From Bugula neritina (Eukaryota; Animalia; Bryozoa), in the NCBI GenBank assembly GCA_964035545.1, contig OZ037769.1:7297929-7361928 (forward strand): a stretch of 64,000 nucleotides of DNA, given 5' to 3'. The stretch's first letter is position 1. Every line of letters begins with the position of its first letter. A model generated the notes under the pieces. It made no database searches. It saw only the letters and a list, made by a program, of their open reading frames with translations, and was not told where the DNA came from. Positions 25,569 to 40,352 of the stretch are shown here, piece after piece. Made by a program: the position numbers and the translations under genes.

Positions 25569-28027
25569 TCAGAAAAAAGCTGAAAAATATAATCGTTTAT
25601 GAAATGCATGTTGATTGAGAGATTATTCTACATATTTCCTTATACATACAGTATAAGCTGATATCTCTTTATGACTGCTTTATAACTTGATTAAACTTGA
25701 ATTTTTCTAATACAAAATAGCAAATTTGTAAGTTTTAAAATTCCATATATTATTGCGCTATAAGCAATTTATTAGCTGTTGTATTTTTATTGCAAAAATA
25801 ATTTTTTGATACAATATCAATTTTGCTAACATTCAATTTCTAATTTTATTCATAAAATATGCTTTGTAGAATATTTTATTGAACGTGCTAGTTTTTAAGA
25901 CAACGCTGACCTTCTAGGAATATCACATCTTCTTTAAAAAAAGTGTCAGGTCAAAAGTGTAAAGGTTATCAAAATATAATTTCACTGTACTACAAGTGTA
26001 TTGTCACAAAAAACATGATAATTTAAAAATGAACACCGTGATGTTAAAACAGTAATCTAAGTAAATCTAAGTAAAATATCATGGCTTTTCAGTTAGAGTA
26101 AAATAATGTCTAAAGTATGTTGCTATTGTGAATTAGTCTTACAACATTGCTATGAATAAAATATCATGTATATCAGCCTATTGGTACTATTGGTACTAAT
26201 GCAAATTGTTAGGTGTTATCAAATCACACAGCAAATTTTAAAGCTCAGTCTAGAAAAACGATTGAGATATGAACGTTTATAAATTGGTTTAAAAGTAAAA
26301 TTCACAATTTTTTCTCAAAATTTTTCCCAACCTTTGTTCACCTAAGTAGTCATTTCTCAGAAAGTTTTTGTGTCAGGCCAGAAACATTTAAGAATAGTAC
26401 TCAAGACATGTGTAGGTCCATTTGGTGTGAATATGAACAAAATCTGAGGCGCAAAGGCGTGGGACTTTTTGAAATTTGGTTGATTTGACACGGAATGACT
26501 CTATAGTGATATTGATGCTGATAATGGCTTAGTAACAATCATATTATTCACCCTGTCACCATCATTACTGGAAGTGCATAGTCATAGAGTTGTTAATCAT
26601 TCTCATACATGTATATATTGATATTGATGTGCATGCTCATGCTAATCGATGAAGTCCAGAATTAATTTATTGACTATGTCTGTTAATCACTTGATGTCAG
26701 CTGCAAGAATGTAGAGTTTTGCTTAGATTAAGTTTATAGGTTTTTTGCTTCATGTTTGGGTTTAAAGGCAAAATATGATTGCTATATTCCATAGCACAAC
26801 TTTTCGTACTACAACCTTTAGTTCAATCCTCTAATGCTAATACCTATACTGATACTAGAAACTTAAAGTAACACACTGAAAGTGGAATATCTCATCATCA
26901 AGGCAGACGATGATACTTCAAGCTCAATTGAAACTTGAGTTTTAATTCATTAAATTTAAAATTAATAGAATTTAATAATATAATAATAATCTTCAGTTTA
27001 CTCATAATTTAAAATTAAATACTAACGTCGAAGTAAAATTTAAAAGAAAAAATTTATTTTCACAAAAGAAAAAGCCATCAAAATATAACTATAAGTATAA
27101 GTTCAAGTTAAGGTTCACAAGCTGAAGTTGCAGTTAGTGTTACTCAATTAGATGCACTCTCAACAGTTCACTTTTAGTTTTAAGTTCAGCGCTTAACTTT
27201 CAAGTCGTAACGCTTAACAGTAACTCTAGCCTTATAATTTATGATAGTCATAATGATAGAATTTTATTAAATTTAATCATAATGTCTAATGATATAAAAC
27301 CAGGTATTAGTATAACTGTAAGTGTAAGTGTATAACTATAAGTATAACTAAATCTAATGATAAAATTAAATTCAAATTGATTACTCACGGATTTGTCCAA
27401 GTCTTACACTTACAGATGGCTGATGACCGATAGAGTATAATTTTTTTACACTAATTAAAACAGAACAGCTTTAATTTTAGCTGCCGAAGGAATTAAAAGG
27501 ACCCAATTATATAATTATTGTTTTGTTTATTTTGTATCCTAAATATTGACCGAAAACGGAAATTTAAATTTCTCAAAATATGTCCGCAAATATGCGCAAA
27601 AGTAACTAAAAATAGTTTGAAAGGATTTACAAAATTTGTTATCAAGCAAAATATTTTTTTAATATAACTACTATAAAAAATTTTAATTAGAAAATAATCT
27701 AAACAATTTGAAAATACCCTATCAATGTTACAACTGTAGGATTATGGTTCTGTTGTGATTGGAGTTATGGCATCATAGCTTTTGGTACAGACGAAAAGGT
27801 GATCGTGATGTTGGGAACTGATTACACATGTGAGCAGCTGCGCACTTATGAGTTTAGTGTGAACCTGGTGAGTTGGGATAATATTACAGCAACAACTCTA
27901 TGGTCTCAAACTTTTCTAAATTTAATCATTATAAAAGTCAGAATGATCATGATAGTATAAAATAAAAATTAATCTAGCTGTTATACAAGTTTGCAAATAA
28001 ACTAACTTCAGTATAGCATAATATTTA

Positions 28028-28631
28028 CCCCCTAGACACACCTTGCAGCACCGTAGGCCGTAATGTAAAATGCCAGCTACTTTTAATGTGTCTGGACTGA
28101 AGTTTCCAAAGTGCACTATTGGGTACGATCTATGGCACCTCATTGCACATTTATATCCAATGAATTGACGCGGACGTCTTTCTGTTCAATAGGAGCCCAC
28201 CACAACTTTTTTTAATCAAGCAGTGCTTGATCCTAACGTATCGGAATGTTACGGCCTACGGTTCGACAAAGTGTGTCTAGGGCAGTGCTGTCCAACAGGT
28301 GGCCCCAGGGCCGGATGCGGCCCTCAGCCTACATTTATGTGGCCCTCTAAGGCATAACAAATAAATTTATTTTGCACACATATAAATGAGAGTAGACAAA
28401 CTTTTAAATGTCTAAAATTTATATGCATGCTAAAAACATGCAGCCTGTATTAACTATTGAGACTTTATTTTGTAAACATTCATAGAATTTGGAATAAAAC
28501 AATTTGAAAAATACTGCCACGATGTTGTGGCCCCAGCACATGCTACCTTTTACAATGTGGCCCTCGCCACCGGAGTATTCCCTTTCAGTAGCCCTCGCTC
28601 TGAAAAGGTTGGACACCCCTGGTCTAGGGAG
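28028..28631. mobile_element. MITE with TTA target duplication (PIF/Harbinger-like), right TIR interrupted by hAT MITE
   Basis: CCCCCTAGACACACCTTGCAGCACCGTAGGCCGTAA at 28028 is inverted relative to TTACGGCCTACGGTTCGACAAAGTGTGTCTAGGG(AG). TTA at 28025-28027 and 28632-28634. Confidence 0.65.
28283..28621. mobile_element. hAT-type MITE nested in another MITE
   Basis: TIRs CAGTGCTGTCCAAC / GTTGGACACCCCTG; 8-bp TSD GTCTAGGG at 28275-28282 and 28622-28629. Confidence 0.88.
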
Positions 28632-29526
28632 TTATGAATGTTTTTATAGTTATATAATTGCTATTTAATACTGTGATAATTGCATATGGAAAACAATTGG
28701 AATTAGGAACTATTATATGAATAAGTGAGATATCAGAAGAAATTCCAAAAGCTTAGGTTTTTTAATTGTCCTATAAAGTTACATTATGGGGTTGAAGATC
28801 TCATAAAATATATAAAGTCTTTTTGACCAATAGATCACAGGCTGTTCAAAATTTCTCCATCACTGCATTACCTCGAGATAGTAACTTTGTAATGGAGTTG
28901 TCAATCTGTTTCTGTTGACCCACCATCAGTGATGCATTTATATCACTTTGAATTCTATTTATTTTATATAATAAAAAGTCTTGTTGATATAGGGAAGGTA
29001 TAATTTTCATGACACCTTAGAACAGGTAAAAAACTGCTCAGACTACCTATCATATTCCATACTTTCAAGGCTGGCTGGAGTTGTGCCCACTTTATGGCAG
29101 GTTTTATCAAGTGTTTGGGATTTACTAGTTACTAGTGCTAATGAGTTTTATAGTTTATATGATTATTGAGATGCATGGAGAAAATAAATAGCTGCAGATA
29201 CTTTTGTTTCTCAGGGTTTTAAGTACTACGCTTGCATAATTAATTGTTTGCATGATTTTGCCGCATTGTAGATCAAAGCACTTATATGCATGACAAAAAT
29301 ACAGAAGCAAAAAGCACTACTTAGTGGTGACATTAGCAGAAGTACTTAAACAAGACTGATGCCTGCTTACAGAACATATTTGTCATCCTATTGAAATCTG
29401 CAGTCATTTATTACAGCATTTGAAAACTTACAAACTGTTAGCTAATGTTTCTTTGGGCATTTGTGTTTTGCAACAGAATAATACATACGATTGCTTGAAT
29501 CAGCTAAAGGGGGTAACCCCTTAGAG

Positions 29527-29718
29527 CAGGGGTGTCCAACCTTTTCAGAGCAAGGGCCACTGAAAGGGAATATTTCATGGCGAGGGCCACATTGTAAACT
29601 TTAGCTTGTGCTGGGAGCCGCAGTATTAGTAATTTTCAAATTATTTTATTTCAAGTTCTTATGAATCATTACACAATAAAGTCCCAATAGTTAATGTAGG
29701 CTCAGTTAGACAGCCCTG
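29527..29718. mobile_element. hAT-type MITE, shorter relative of the 28283 element in opposite orientation
   Basis: TIRs CAGGGGTGTCCAAC / GTTAGACAGCCCTG; TSD CCTTAGAG on both sides; internal sequence resembles the reverse complement of about 28440-28621. Confidence 0.88.
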
Positions 29719-30463
29719 CCTTAGAGGTACAAAGAGCTAGGCTGGTGAATCAAACCTCACCACACGGAGCTATTGGTGACACTATGAAGAACCTAATCAA
29801 AGTAACCCATACGGTACTTTCAAGTTTTGGCAACCATGTTGCTAGCAAGGTTTAGGGCACCTAAAATTTTTTACTTTTTGAGGTTTAAACAGTTTCTTTA
29901 TTGATTAAGCCCAGCATGTTTAGCTTGACATATGTGTGGTTGTTTTTAAAGTTTTTGTGCTTCAACATTATAAAGATATAAATTCCTGTAAGTGGGCAGA
30001 AGTTGATTTTCCAAATAAATAATCACATTTAAAATTTTCACAACAAAATCATTAAGTCTTTGATGATTTATTTTATTTATGACTAAGAAAAATATACAAG
30101 AATAATTTGGTATACTTTACTGCAAAATGTAGTTTAACAGCCTTGCATAATCGTATTTACATGTATGTGTGTATACAGTTTATATACATGTGCATGTGTA
30201 CAGAATGTTACTTGACTTAGTTTTAAAAACCAGTTTATATGCGATAATTTAAAAAAGGTGAAAAAACAGGTAAAAACTTGTTAAATTGAAGATTAGGAAC
30301 AGAGCTAAAAGTCGAATATATTAAAAGCATACAATACTTAGCACAACAAGCTGTTGATTAGTAGTGCAGCAATGGCAATAGCTGAGCAATCATCTACATT
30401 TAAGAAAAAGAATCTATAGCAGTGCAGTGGACGGCAGTGGCTAATAAATTAAGACATTTCCAA

Positions 30464-33400
30464 TCAAACTATCTCCGATCCATTCATACTATTGCTGATG
30501 TGTATAAGGTGAACAAGGTCGAGCCTGTTTATACTGATTAGGGCATAGGAGATAACTCCCACTGAACTACAGTCATGTTCAGTCCACTGCTTGAGTAGTA
30601 TAGTGGCAGCTGAAGTACCTTTGTGGTTTCTTCCAGCTTTTAACTGTATTTGAGAAATTTCGCTGGGGGTGAAACCTACAAAATGATATACGTACAATAT
30701 AATGTTGTATAATTGATATACGTACAATATAATATTGTATAATTGATATACGTACAATATAATATTGTATAATTGATTACAAGTTTAAAACTAATGCATT
30801 GCTTTTGGAAATTAAACTAGATGAAGTTATAGATCTGTATTTCGATATATTTTCTTATATGAAGCAGAATTTATTGGTGGAGCATGAGAAGTTGTCTTCT
30901 TATAAACCATAGTTGGGGCATTTTACCCAGTATACCCCAAGTTCCCAACTGAAATGATTAGTTATATAGAGCTATGAGTGTATATAACAAACTAGAAATT
31001 GTCAACCATTTGATTGCTAAATTAAGACTATTACTCTGCTACTTGGTAGAATATGTTGAAAAGTTGAAATTTATGAATATTTTTACAGTTTTAAGAGTTG
31101 TGTTGCCTGCCACTTCATTATTCTTTCTTAACTACTAGTTATTTTTCTTAATAAAATATGAAAGTATATTAACTATGAGGGTAGAGTATAGTGTGAGGGT
31201 AGAGTATAGCGTGAGGATATAGTGAGAGGGTAGAGTATAGTGAGAGGGTAGAGTATAGTGAGAGAGTGAGGATAGAGTGAGGATAGAGTATAGAGTGAGG
31301 ATAGAGTACAGTGTGAGGGTAGAGTATAGTGTGAGGGTATAGTGAGAGGGTAGAGTATAGTGAGAGGGTAGAGTATAGTGAGAGAGTGAGGATAGAGTGA
31401 GGATAGAGTATAGAGTGAGGATAGAGTACAGTGTGAGGGTAGAGTATAGTATGAGGATAGAGTATAGAGTGAGGGTATAGTATAGAGTGAGGATATAGTG
31501 TGAGGGTAGAGTATAGTGTGAGGGTATAGTGAGAGGGTAGAGTATAGTGAGAGGGTAGAGTATAGTGAGAGAGTGAGGATAGAGTGAGGGTAGAGTATAG
31601 AGTGAGGGTAGAGTATAGAGTGAGGGTAGAGTATAGAGTGAGGGTAGAGTATAGTGTGAGGGTAGAGTATAGTGAGGATAGAGTATAGGTAGCTATGTGT
31701 GCTGAAAGTACTCTGTGGAGTAGAAGTAGAGAGCCAGCAGTTACACACCAAAACTAATAGGATTAGTGGGCCCTGCAGACTGATGGGGGAGAGATAAGTA
31801 TTTCTGCATGTGGCAGCTGATTGAAGAATATAAAATCCATCTGTTAAACTGTGATCTGTCATAGCCACTTTGAACTGTTTACTCATAAATAGCAAAGTCA
31901 TATTTTCCCTTAAGCATTTGACATTTATGTTATTTTGATGGCCATAAGACAAAATGCGCTGATTGAGGGAAGACAGTTCACTATCATCATAAAGAAAAGT
32001 GTAAAATGTCAAAACTTTGATCAGAAGGACAGGAGAGTTGATTAAAGAGAGATGAAAAGAGTTGGAATATAAAATGATTAATGATTTACTCCTTTTGATC
32101 TAGCCACAAGCCAAGTAGGGGAGTTGAATTTCTTACTCCATCGGCCAATCAAATTTCAGCAGTTTCTGCGTTTATGAGTAGTTGCTAACTTTTAAGATAT
32201 TAATAATGATAATTTCCTTTAAATACATTCTTCATGTCTATTGATCATGAAACCATAACCAAAAACTGGCAAACAGTTTAGGGTTTGGTTGCAGAAATCC
32301 ACTTGTTTACAGAAAACCAATGCAGTAGTTAAATCTGTCTCAAATTTATGATTCAATGATTTTGAACAAAGTTTTATCCTTTCTGAGTACATAAATATCA
32401 TGTTTGCATTCGCTAGTGTTAACACAAGCAACTTTCTGAAATGTTTTTGGTACATTAGTATGCAAAGTATTGTCTGTAAATTTCATATTTCTATTTATTA
32501 ATCATTTTTATACTCATCACTTTTCAAATATTACAAATCTCTACGCATGCCCAGTTGGGCATTAATCATTGCTAAACTGGAGAGTTTTATTAACCAATTA
32601 CATTGCTCAAAGTCCTGTTGATTGCTTTGTGTGTAAATGTGTGTATGTTTAAGTGTTGTTCCATAGTAATATTATACTGTGTACAACCAAAGTTTAATCA
32701 TATTATACCTCCAGCAGATGTAACACAGTATAAATACAGACTGTATAAAAAGGAGCACTAACCTACAAAGTGAACCTTGAACCTATGAACTAATAAAAGT
32801 TGCAATAGCTAACTTAATGCTGTCTATATGCCAGGTACTAGAGCTCTAATTTATATTTTGATATACATGATGCATTGAGCAATAACTGGCAATTTATTAT
32901 AGTCTATGGTACATAGTAATATATAATATTATAGTATAGCTGTAGCAACCTATATGCTGTCCACAGTAATACATTATAGTATTGCAGTAGTATAATACGA
33001 TAGATATTGTAATATATGGTATAGGTATAGTCTTACATTGCTTCATAGTAATAATATTATTAGACTGTATAGATAGATAGTTTAGTTCCATAATATTTTG
33101 TTAGATGATTTAAGGTTAGTTTTCAGCTACCTAAATTGTGAGCTAGTTTCAACCAGCTGCCGTCCTGAGATAGACCTCGGGCTACGGCTCTTCTTGTTTG
33201 TGGAGACAACTCCTTATATTTAGTTGATGGAGTTACTGCAACTACAACAGAGCATTGAATCCTTAAAGTCAAATTTGTAAATATATGCACATACTTTAGT
33301 AAATTGACCCTTAGGCCTTAATTACATGTTAGACCTGGAATATAAATATGCCATGTTCAATACCCAACCAGGAAATTTAAATATCAAAACAGTTTTTAGT

Positions 33401-36400
33401 GTTTAAAACATAATATTAACTGCAAATTAATACCAACACTCAGTATGACCATGTATTGTGGAAGCCCTTGTTCAGCACAAGTGTCAATTAAATTAATGAT
33501 ACACACACCTGTTTTACTTCCATCTTGCAGATAAACTAGAGGTGTTGTGACCGAAGTGGGTGATAAGGATTGCTGGGTGACGTGGAAGTTGAGGGGCTGC
33601 TTGAGGGAGACATTTCCAGACGAGAGTTGGGCCGCTCTGTTCTTGTTTACTCTGCATCTCAGTAATACGTATATCAGTAAGCCAAGTATGATAGAACCTG
33701 TGTAAAAGAGTATAATATACATTAACTACAACAGAGTATAGTATACAAAGATTATACATTTTCCACAACAGAGTGCATTATACAAAAAGTATAATATGCA
33801 TTAACTACAACAGAGTATATTGTGCAAAGAGTATGCATTAACTACAACAGAGTATATTGTGCAAAGAGTATGCATTAACTACAACAGAGTATATGGTACA
33901 AAGACTATACGTTGCATTAACTACAACAGAGTATATTATTATGGTACAAAGACTATACGTTACATTAACTACAACAGAGTATATTATGGTACAAAGAGTA
34001 TACATTAATCATGACAGAGCATCAATCACCACCAAAGTCTCACACCTTTGACTCGGTGAAATTAAGATGAAAGGAAACTCACGCAAAGCAAAAACATATA
34101 AGTCAAGATTTTCGTAAAAGATAAGCTATCTGTGTTTAACATTAATAAAATGCTGACATAATAAATCGGTATTAGTCACCATCATAAAAGTGTGTGGAGA
34201 TCAAATAAATGCTCTATAAATGGGCATTTATGTGTATCTGTATACATTATGTATATCTGCATGAATGTATACATATAATATGTATATCTGTATACATTAT
34301 GTATATTCCCATGCATGTACACATATATGTATATCTGTACACATATAATATGTATATCTGTACACATATAATATGTATATCTGTACACATATAATATGTA
34401 TATCTGTACACATATAATATGTATATCTGTACACATATAATATGTATATCTGTACACATATAATATGTATATCTGTACACATATAATATGTATATCTGTA
34501 TACATGTAAGCATATAGCTGCAGTAGCTTTGAATCCTCTAGGCATGTTTGTACAACCATATTACAAAATTATATAATTGTTTATAATGTAATTACATCAC
34601 AGAATTATATAATTGTTTATATTGTAATTCAACTATCAGGAAATATATTAATCACCAGTGTATTATGCTACTCATTGAGTTCAAGAAACTCTGAATCATA
34701 GCAGTTGGGGTGTTAGGGGGGAGGTTAAGGGGCCCCACCGCCCATAAAAACATTCAGCATGCAAATCACAAGCACCCATCATCAACAGTTGCACATTACC
34801 CAACTGACCAGAGTGTACCTTACCTAGTAATGCACAGTACAGAGGAGCTGTGTACAAGTATGTGTTGCCTTCACTCAAACCACACTTTTCACCTTGACAT
34901 AGCTGTGGATCCGCCACACCTCTGTCAGATTGTGTTCTCTTGTGGCCCTCTGCAAGAAAAGTTACTCAACATTCACAGTTTTGCATATACTATGCGTAGA
35001 TGTTTATTTTTTTTCAGACAACATGTTACATGATAATTTGTCAAATTAGAAGTGTCTTTTCATACCCTCCTGCGACATGGGTATAAAATGTAGTTGGGGT
35101 TTATAAAACTCATGAATGTGCTCAACGATAGGTACCATGTATACGCATAAAATTTAGTACAACTTTCTTTTCTGTAACTTATTTTACTTAACTGGTCAAA
35201 ATATTAATGAATTGCAAAGGCAATTAGGAGAAGAATTTGGGAACAGGACTATTGCTTGCAGAAATTGAAGGAGTGTTGCTAATTGAATTATGTGTGGATT
35301 CAATCAAACAAAAGTTGTGCAATGAATTACATCCAATGCCATTATTTCACTGCCCTCAAGTGCAACAAATAAATACACATCCACCTCTCAGGTAATGGCA
35401 AACACATGTCTGTCCTAAACGTAATGGTAGCACTAGACATTTCATACAAAGCTAGGGGCTGCTTTCAAAGCCATCTTGTTTAATATTACAAAGATGTAAT
35501 CACCTTGATACTGAAACACCTCCCTAACAAAAGCTAAAGTCACAATTAAACAAAATACATTCCATATATAGGTGACTACCTATTCTATAGGAATAATTGA
35601 GCCATTGTTACAGTGCAAGATGGCTACGCATGTAGGCACAACCTTATCAATCACTCACATCTACAAATTATATGAAAACTTAGAATCTCTGCTCTCCCAC
35701 TAAGCTGAAATGTTTTGTTTCATCTCGAGTCTATCTGAAGTATTCAGTAGTTCTGAATAATTACACGCCAACATTAGCAGTTTGCTTTGTAATGATCCGG
35801 AACAAATCCCAACTAATTCAGAGCCCAAATTCTAATCTGCACAACAGGCAATTATTATTAGTTATTACAGAGAAGTAGCGATAAAATCTCTAATATTCTT
35901 ATGGATCATGTTTTAAGCCATTGAAGTAAAGTTACATATTACATTTCAGTCACTTGTTCTCACAAAATAATTGTCTAAAATGAGTGCATTACTTTTGAAC
36001 TACTATAGGATATGACTGCATACATTTGCTGGATAAATCACATGCATGCACTACACTTGACTCCATGGATGGTACCAAAGAAGTAATTGCAATTGTTCCA
36101 CAATTTGTATATCTGCTAAAACCAACCTGGAATTCTTTCAGAGTAGTAGAATACTTTTAAAATGACACGTATTGCCAGTAGCTAACTTGTAGTTAGGGCA
36201 GAATGAATAACTCTTTATGTTATACTTGTGTAAATATGTATAAAGATAACATATTATTATAAAGCTGTATAGTTTTATAAATAACTAAAGAGTACATTAA
36301 AATTCAAGTTATTATTTTTTTAAAAAAAGATTTGGTGTTGCAATAGCTCCAATAAACAGCTTACTTCAAACATCCTGTCTGTCATTTTACATCTACTATT

Positions 36401-39400
36401 TAAAAGTGTTATATATGTTTGTGCTAAAGCCTACTCACTGAAACAGTTGGTGTCTTTCTGGGACGTACACTGGTTGATGACAATCTCATTCTTGGGATCA
36501 CAGAGTCTGCAACTTTGGCAGCTCTTGCTGCTTGACACTACGCTACTGTAACTGCCCTCAGGGCATGCTACGCACACCGTGTTGCTGGTGGCGGTGCAGG
36601 CCGGGGAAGCACCCCATCCAACACCACACTTCTGACATTCCTTGCACTTCCCATCCTCCTGGTCCCTGTAGTAGCCTGAAATACACTTGCACACAGAATT
36701 CTGCGTGGCATTGCATTCAGATTCCGTATACTCCCATTCAGAGCAGATGGAGCAGTTCACACATCTGCCATCAATGAGGTATTCACCCAGAGCACACTTC
36801 TTATTATCTGTCGCACTTCCGGAATGTTCTTTAGGTAGAGAATCTGTGCTAGCTGTGCACAGGACCTGAAATATGTACAACAAAGTTATGTTAATGCAGA
36901 TTCTGGAATTGACACTCAGTCATAAAGTGGAGCTCATAAAACATAAAACTGTGATTGTCTTAGCGCCATGGTCTTTGGAGTTAGCCTAAAACATATAATA
37001 GCTAGAAAAATAAGGTTGTTAAGACTGCAATAAAATACTTAAAGTCATAAAACTCAGGTACAAAAGATAAACAAAGCATCACTTGGATGAGGATCAAGGG
37101 AAATCATATTCATAAAACGGTGAAGAGTGGTCTTTTATGGCCCTTCTCTTTTTCCTCAACAGTAAAACATTATCTGATAATTTAGCCAAACACATGAAAC
37201 ATGCACAGTTACTGCTGTAACTAAGGCCATTAAAATGGCCATTCAATATCAACTGTTTAGGAGTGTGCCCTGCTGAATAGAAAAAGATGTAAGCGAAGAA
37301 GTTGGTTCAACAGAGCAGACAAAGCTCAATGATCAATCATCGCATCTTAATAATAAAACAGTTTTTAAACTAAACTGGACACAAAGAAAATAAGTTTTTC
37401 AGCTAAGTTTTGTCAAAAGTCTCTTCCTCATGAAGGCTGATAGAAGTAGAAAGTTATAAATGCTATCTTGTAGATTGTAGAACTCTTGTATCTAAAGCAA
37501 CAATGAAAATTCAAGTGAAGACTGTTATCAGATTTCCATCTGTAGGGAACAATACAAGTGATGCACAGGCTTCACAAAGCAGCTGGAGTGGCCTTTATAG
37601 TTAATTTTAGGTCAAAAACTACCCATATTCAGCGTAATATTGTGAATATAAACAATCAGAATGGTTCAACAGCTGCAAAGCAATTAGTTATCAGTCAAAT
37701 GGCAACAACATTGTAAAAAGTTGTTTTCTAGGTTACAAGTCTAGTGAAACAGCACCCATCTAAGGCTCATTAAATCACGCTATAAACTATATCGCGAACA
37801 ATCTAGCATTTCCTGCAGGTAGAATCTGTATTCAGCAAGTCTATACAAGGAGATGATGACTCAAAAGAGTAGTTCAAATTAGTGAGTGATGCATTTCAGC
37901 CAGGAGTTACGTCAGCTCCTGCTGCTTACTGGCGCTAGCTTTGGAAACTGCTTTAGAGAAAGTCCATGACACCTTTGCTACAGTTACTTAAAGTTTAACC
38001 GTTTTGGGCTCTTCAGCTAAGGTCATTCTAACAAGCAGGATATTATTGAGTAACAACCTGGCAATTTACTAATTGATGGCGTCAGTAAAACTATACTCAA
38101 ATTGGGTGTGAACTGTTGTAAAAAGAAATATGTAGCCATGTCTTAATAGGTGTCTACTGAAACGGCCACTTATTAAAAGTCAAATTATATCAACTCTTGA
38201 TGTTTTAGGTCTACTTGCTCAGCTATGAAGGTACTCTACGCTGGGACATACATATAGGTTGTCCAAAATTGGTATTATGCAGTGTTAGATGGTCAGTACA
38301 ACAGAACACTTTTACGAATGCCCCAACTGATCTGCTGTTGCAATGGTTGATCATGATCCCTGCTTCAATGCATGTCATTTACATTGAGATTTGGATTATG
38401 TTTGTGTCACGTAATCTCCTTTGAACAAATACATGAAACCCTATAATATACAAACGATTTATACTCTTATATTCTAGCATAAACAGAGGTTTCGGGTAGA
38501 TCAAAGTAGTTTTCAACATTGTGAACATATACACTACGCACTTATATGTTGGCTTTAAATGTTCATGGCTTCTGTTTAAACTGGCAAGTTGCCTTTTTAT
38601 GTATGGTCTATATGCTAGGTATGCTATCAATGTTCTTTAGAACAGGGCAGCTGATCACATCCAAGCCTGAACTTTTAGGGTGTCCTAATCCCTACTAAGA
38701 AGGCTCACAGCATTGCTCTAAACCCTAAAGAAGCTGTAGGGATTGTTTGGGTCTTGTTATCTGTATGAATATGATGAAGCCCCATGCATGCTCGCATCGC
38801 AGACGAGCTAGAATAGACAAACGCTGGCTACTTCCTTTATCTAGCTTCACTTTTATGCTAGTTGTAATCTCAGGCAAAGGCGAAATCAAATATTCAAATC
38901 TACATTCACTTGGAGAATTTTTTGCTAATCACGTTTTATTAATGTCCATTAACAAGCCTCACAGCTTGTTTTGAATTGTCAAAATGTGTTTTTAGCGCTG
39001 TGTTCAAATATTCTAAGTTGGCAGGCAAAAACTATTATATTGTTTCTAAAGAACAAGCTGCGGGTGTATTGCGCTCCAAGCCTCAAATTAGAAAAAGATT
39101 TGTTGGCTAAGTGTTGATAAATGTGATTTATGAAGGCATGATTTAACTCTGCATATTACCATTTAGTTTCACGCACTTCATCAAGTTTACGACATTAATG
39201 GTACTTTATATTCCAAAGCTATGACATTGAATGTAATGATTTCAAAGTTTAAAAGTCAAGTGTATACATTATTTATTATATACGGTGATAAGTAACCATA
39301 AGTGCTATCTAAAAATCAAAAAGAAACATACTTCAATATTATGGACTGTAGATTGGATAATTTCAACTAGTAACAGCTCGTAGATACCAGGGTAATAAAA

Positions 39401-40352
39401 TCTAGTTTATTCACACATAGCTTGTACGAGAACTATTCAACCCAGTTGTTTAAAATAAGCAAAGACTGCCTTAGCTTTTGTACAAAATTCAAAGAAGAAA
39501 TAATACACAGTAGCAATCATCACACATAGACCAAACCTATTGAAACTTTAAGTCAAGTCTGTGGAAATTACATCTGGAAGCAGGCCATATATTTTATAAT
39601 AGTATGCTTCATAATTTCCTATGCATATTACCAACATGGCATGTGAAGGTTATTTCAACTACCACTCTGTTATGCATACCGATACACAAGTATTTCAGTG
39701 CTACATACATATGAAAAGATAGTCTGCACAAAGCATTCCAAGTATACATAGTGACTATTCAATGTAAAATCATAAAAAAAATTTGGATCTGTAGAAAGGT
39801 TTCTGCTATAACATGCAGGTTCTTTTTCAAAGGTATATGATCTTAGAAACAGAGGCTATCACTACAGTGTTCAAGGCATTTAATAAACTAGTACTACACT
39901 GATACTGTAATATAACATTCCAGGTAGGATAAAGTTTGAGTTATGACATATAGAGTCAATATAATTGCCAAATACTGGCTATAGATTCGGTGAATATCTA
40001 AGCGGATAGCAACAAAGCTTGGCTCATATTGCAGAAAGATTTGGTTAGAAAAAGTATATTAGCATGAGAAAAATGGATCTTTTAGTTCTAGCACTAAAAG
40101 TAAATATTGTGTTCTTAAATGCAAAACAAAAATTATTTTTAAGCTATGCCTTATTTACTTATATTTGGAACTGTAATAACAAATATGATAAAAAGCGGTT
40201 CACACCAAGTCTAACACACGAATACGATGACATTATGACATAAGGCTAATGAGTAATGATAGTCTTACCAAGTCAAGAAAGACAATAACGAGGCCTATTC
40301 TGATTATTATTCCTTTTTCCCAGTTCCTGGGATGCAATTTCAAGCCTTGCAT
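30464..40352 (-). CDS. TNF receptor superfamily member with death domain, p75NTR/TNFRSF16-like, 380 aa, 6 coding exons
   Basis: Exons 40352-40269, 36865-36439, 34949-34824, 33697-33509, 33235-33131, 30675-30464 (1143 nt, phases consistent). Encodes a signal peptide, three TNFR Cys-rich repeats, TM PLYCALLGSIILGLLIYVLL (cf. p75NTR PVYCSILAAVVVGLVAYIAF) and a death domain (WLKLAHNLGF...LLKQW...INRLDLV). Confidence 0.88.
31174..31690. repeat. G/A-rich, almost C-free ~18-bp minisatellite (GAGGGTAGAGTATAGTGA) in last TNFR intron
   Basis: Direct observation. Confidence 0.95.
34225..34505. repeat. 24-bp minisatellite TGTATATCTGTACACATATAATA-type
   Basis: Tandem copies visible. Confidence 0.9.

Noticed and set aside
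26470-26503. Transposon-end-like GAGTCATTCCGTGTCAAATC on the minus strand
   Set aside because: No matching opposite TIR or TSD found in the window.
31173-32012. 279-aa ORF
   Set aside because: Mostly minisatellite translation within a TNFR intron.
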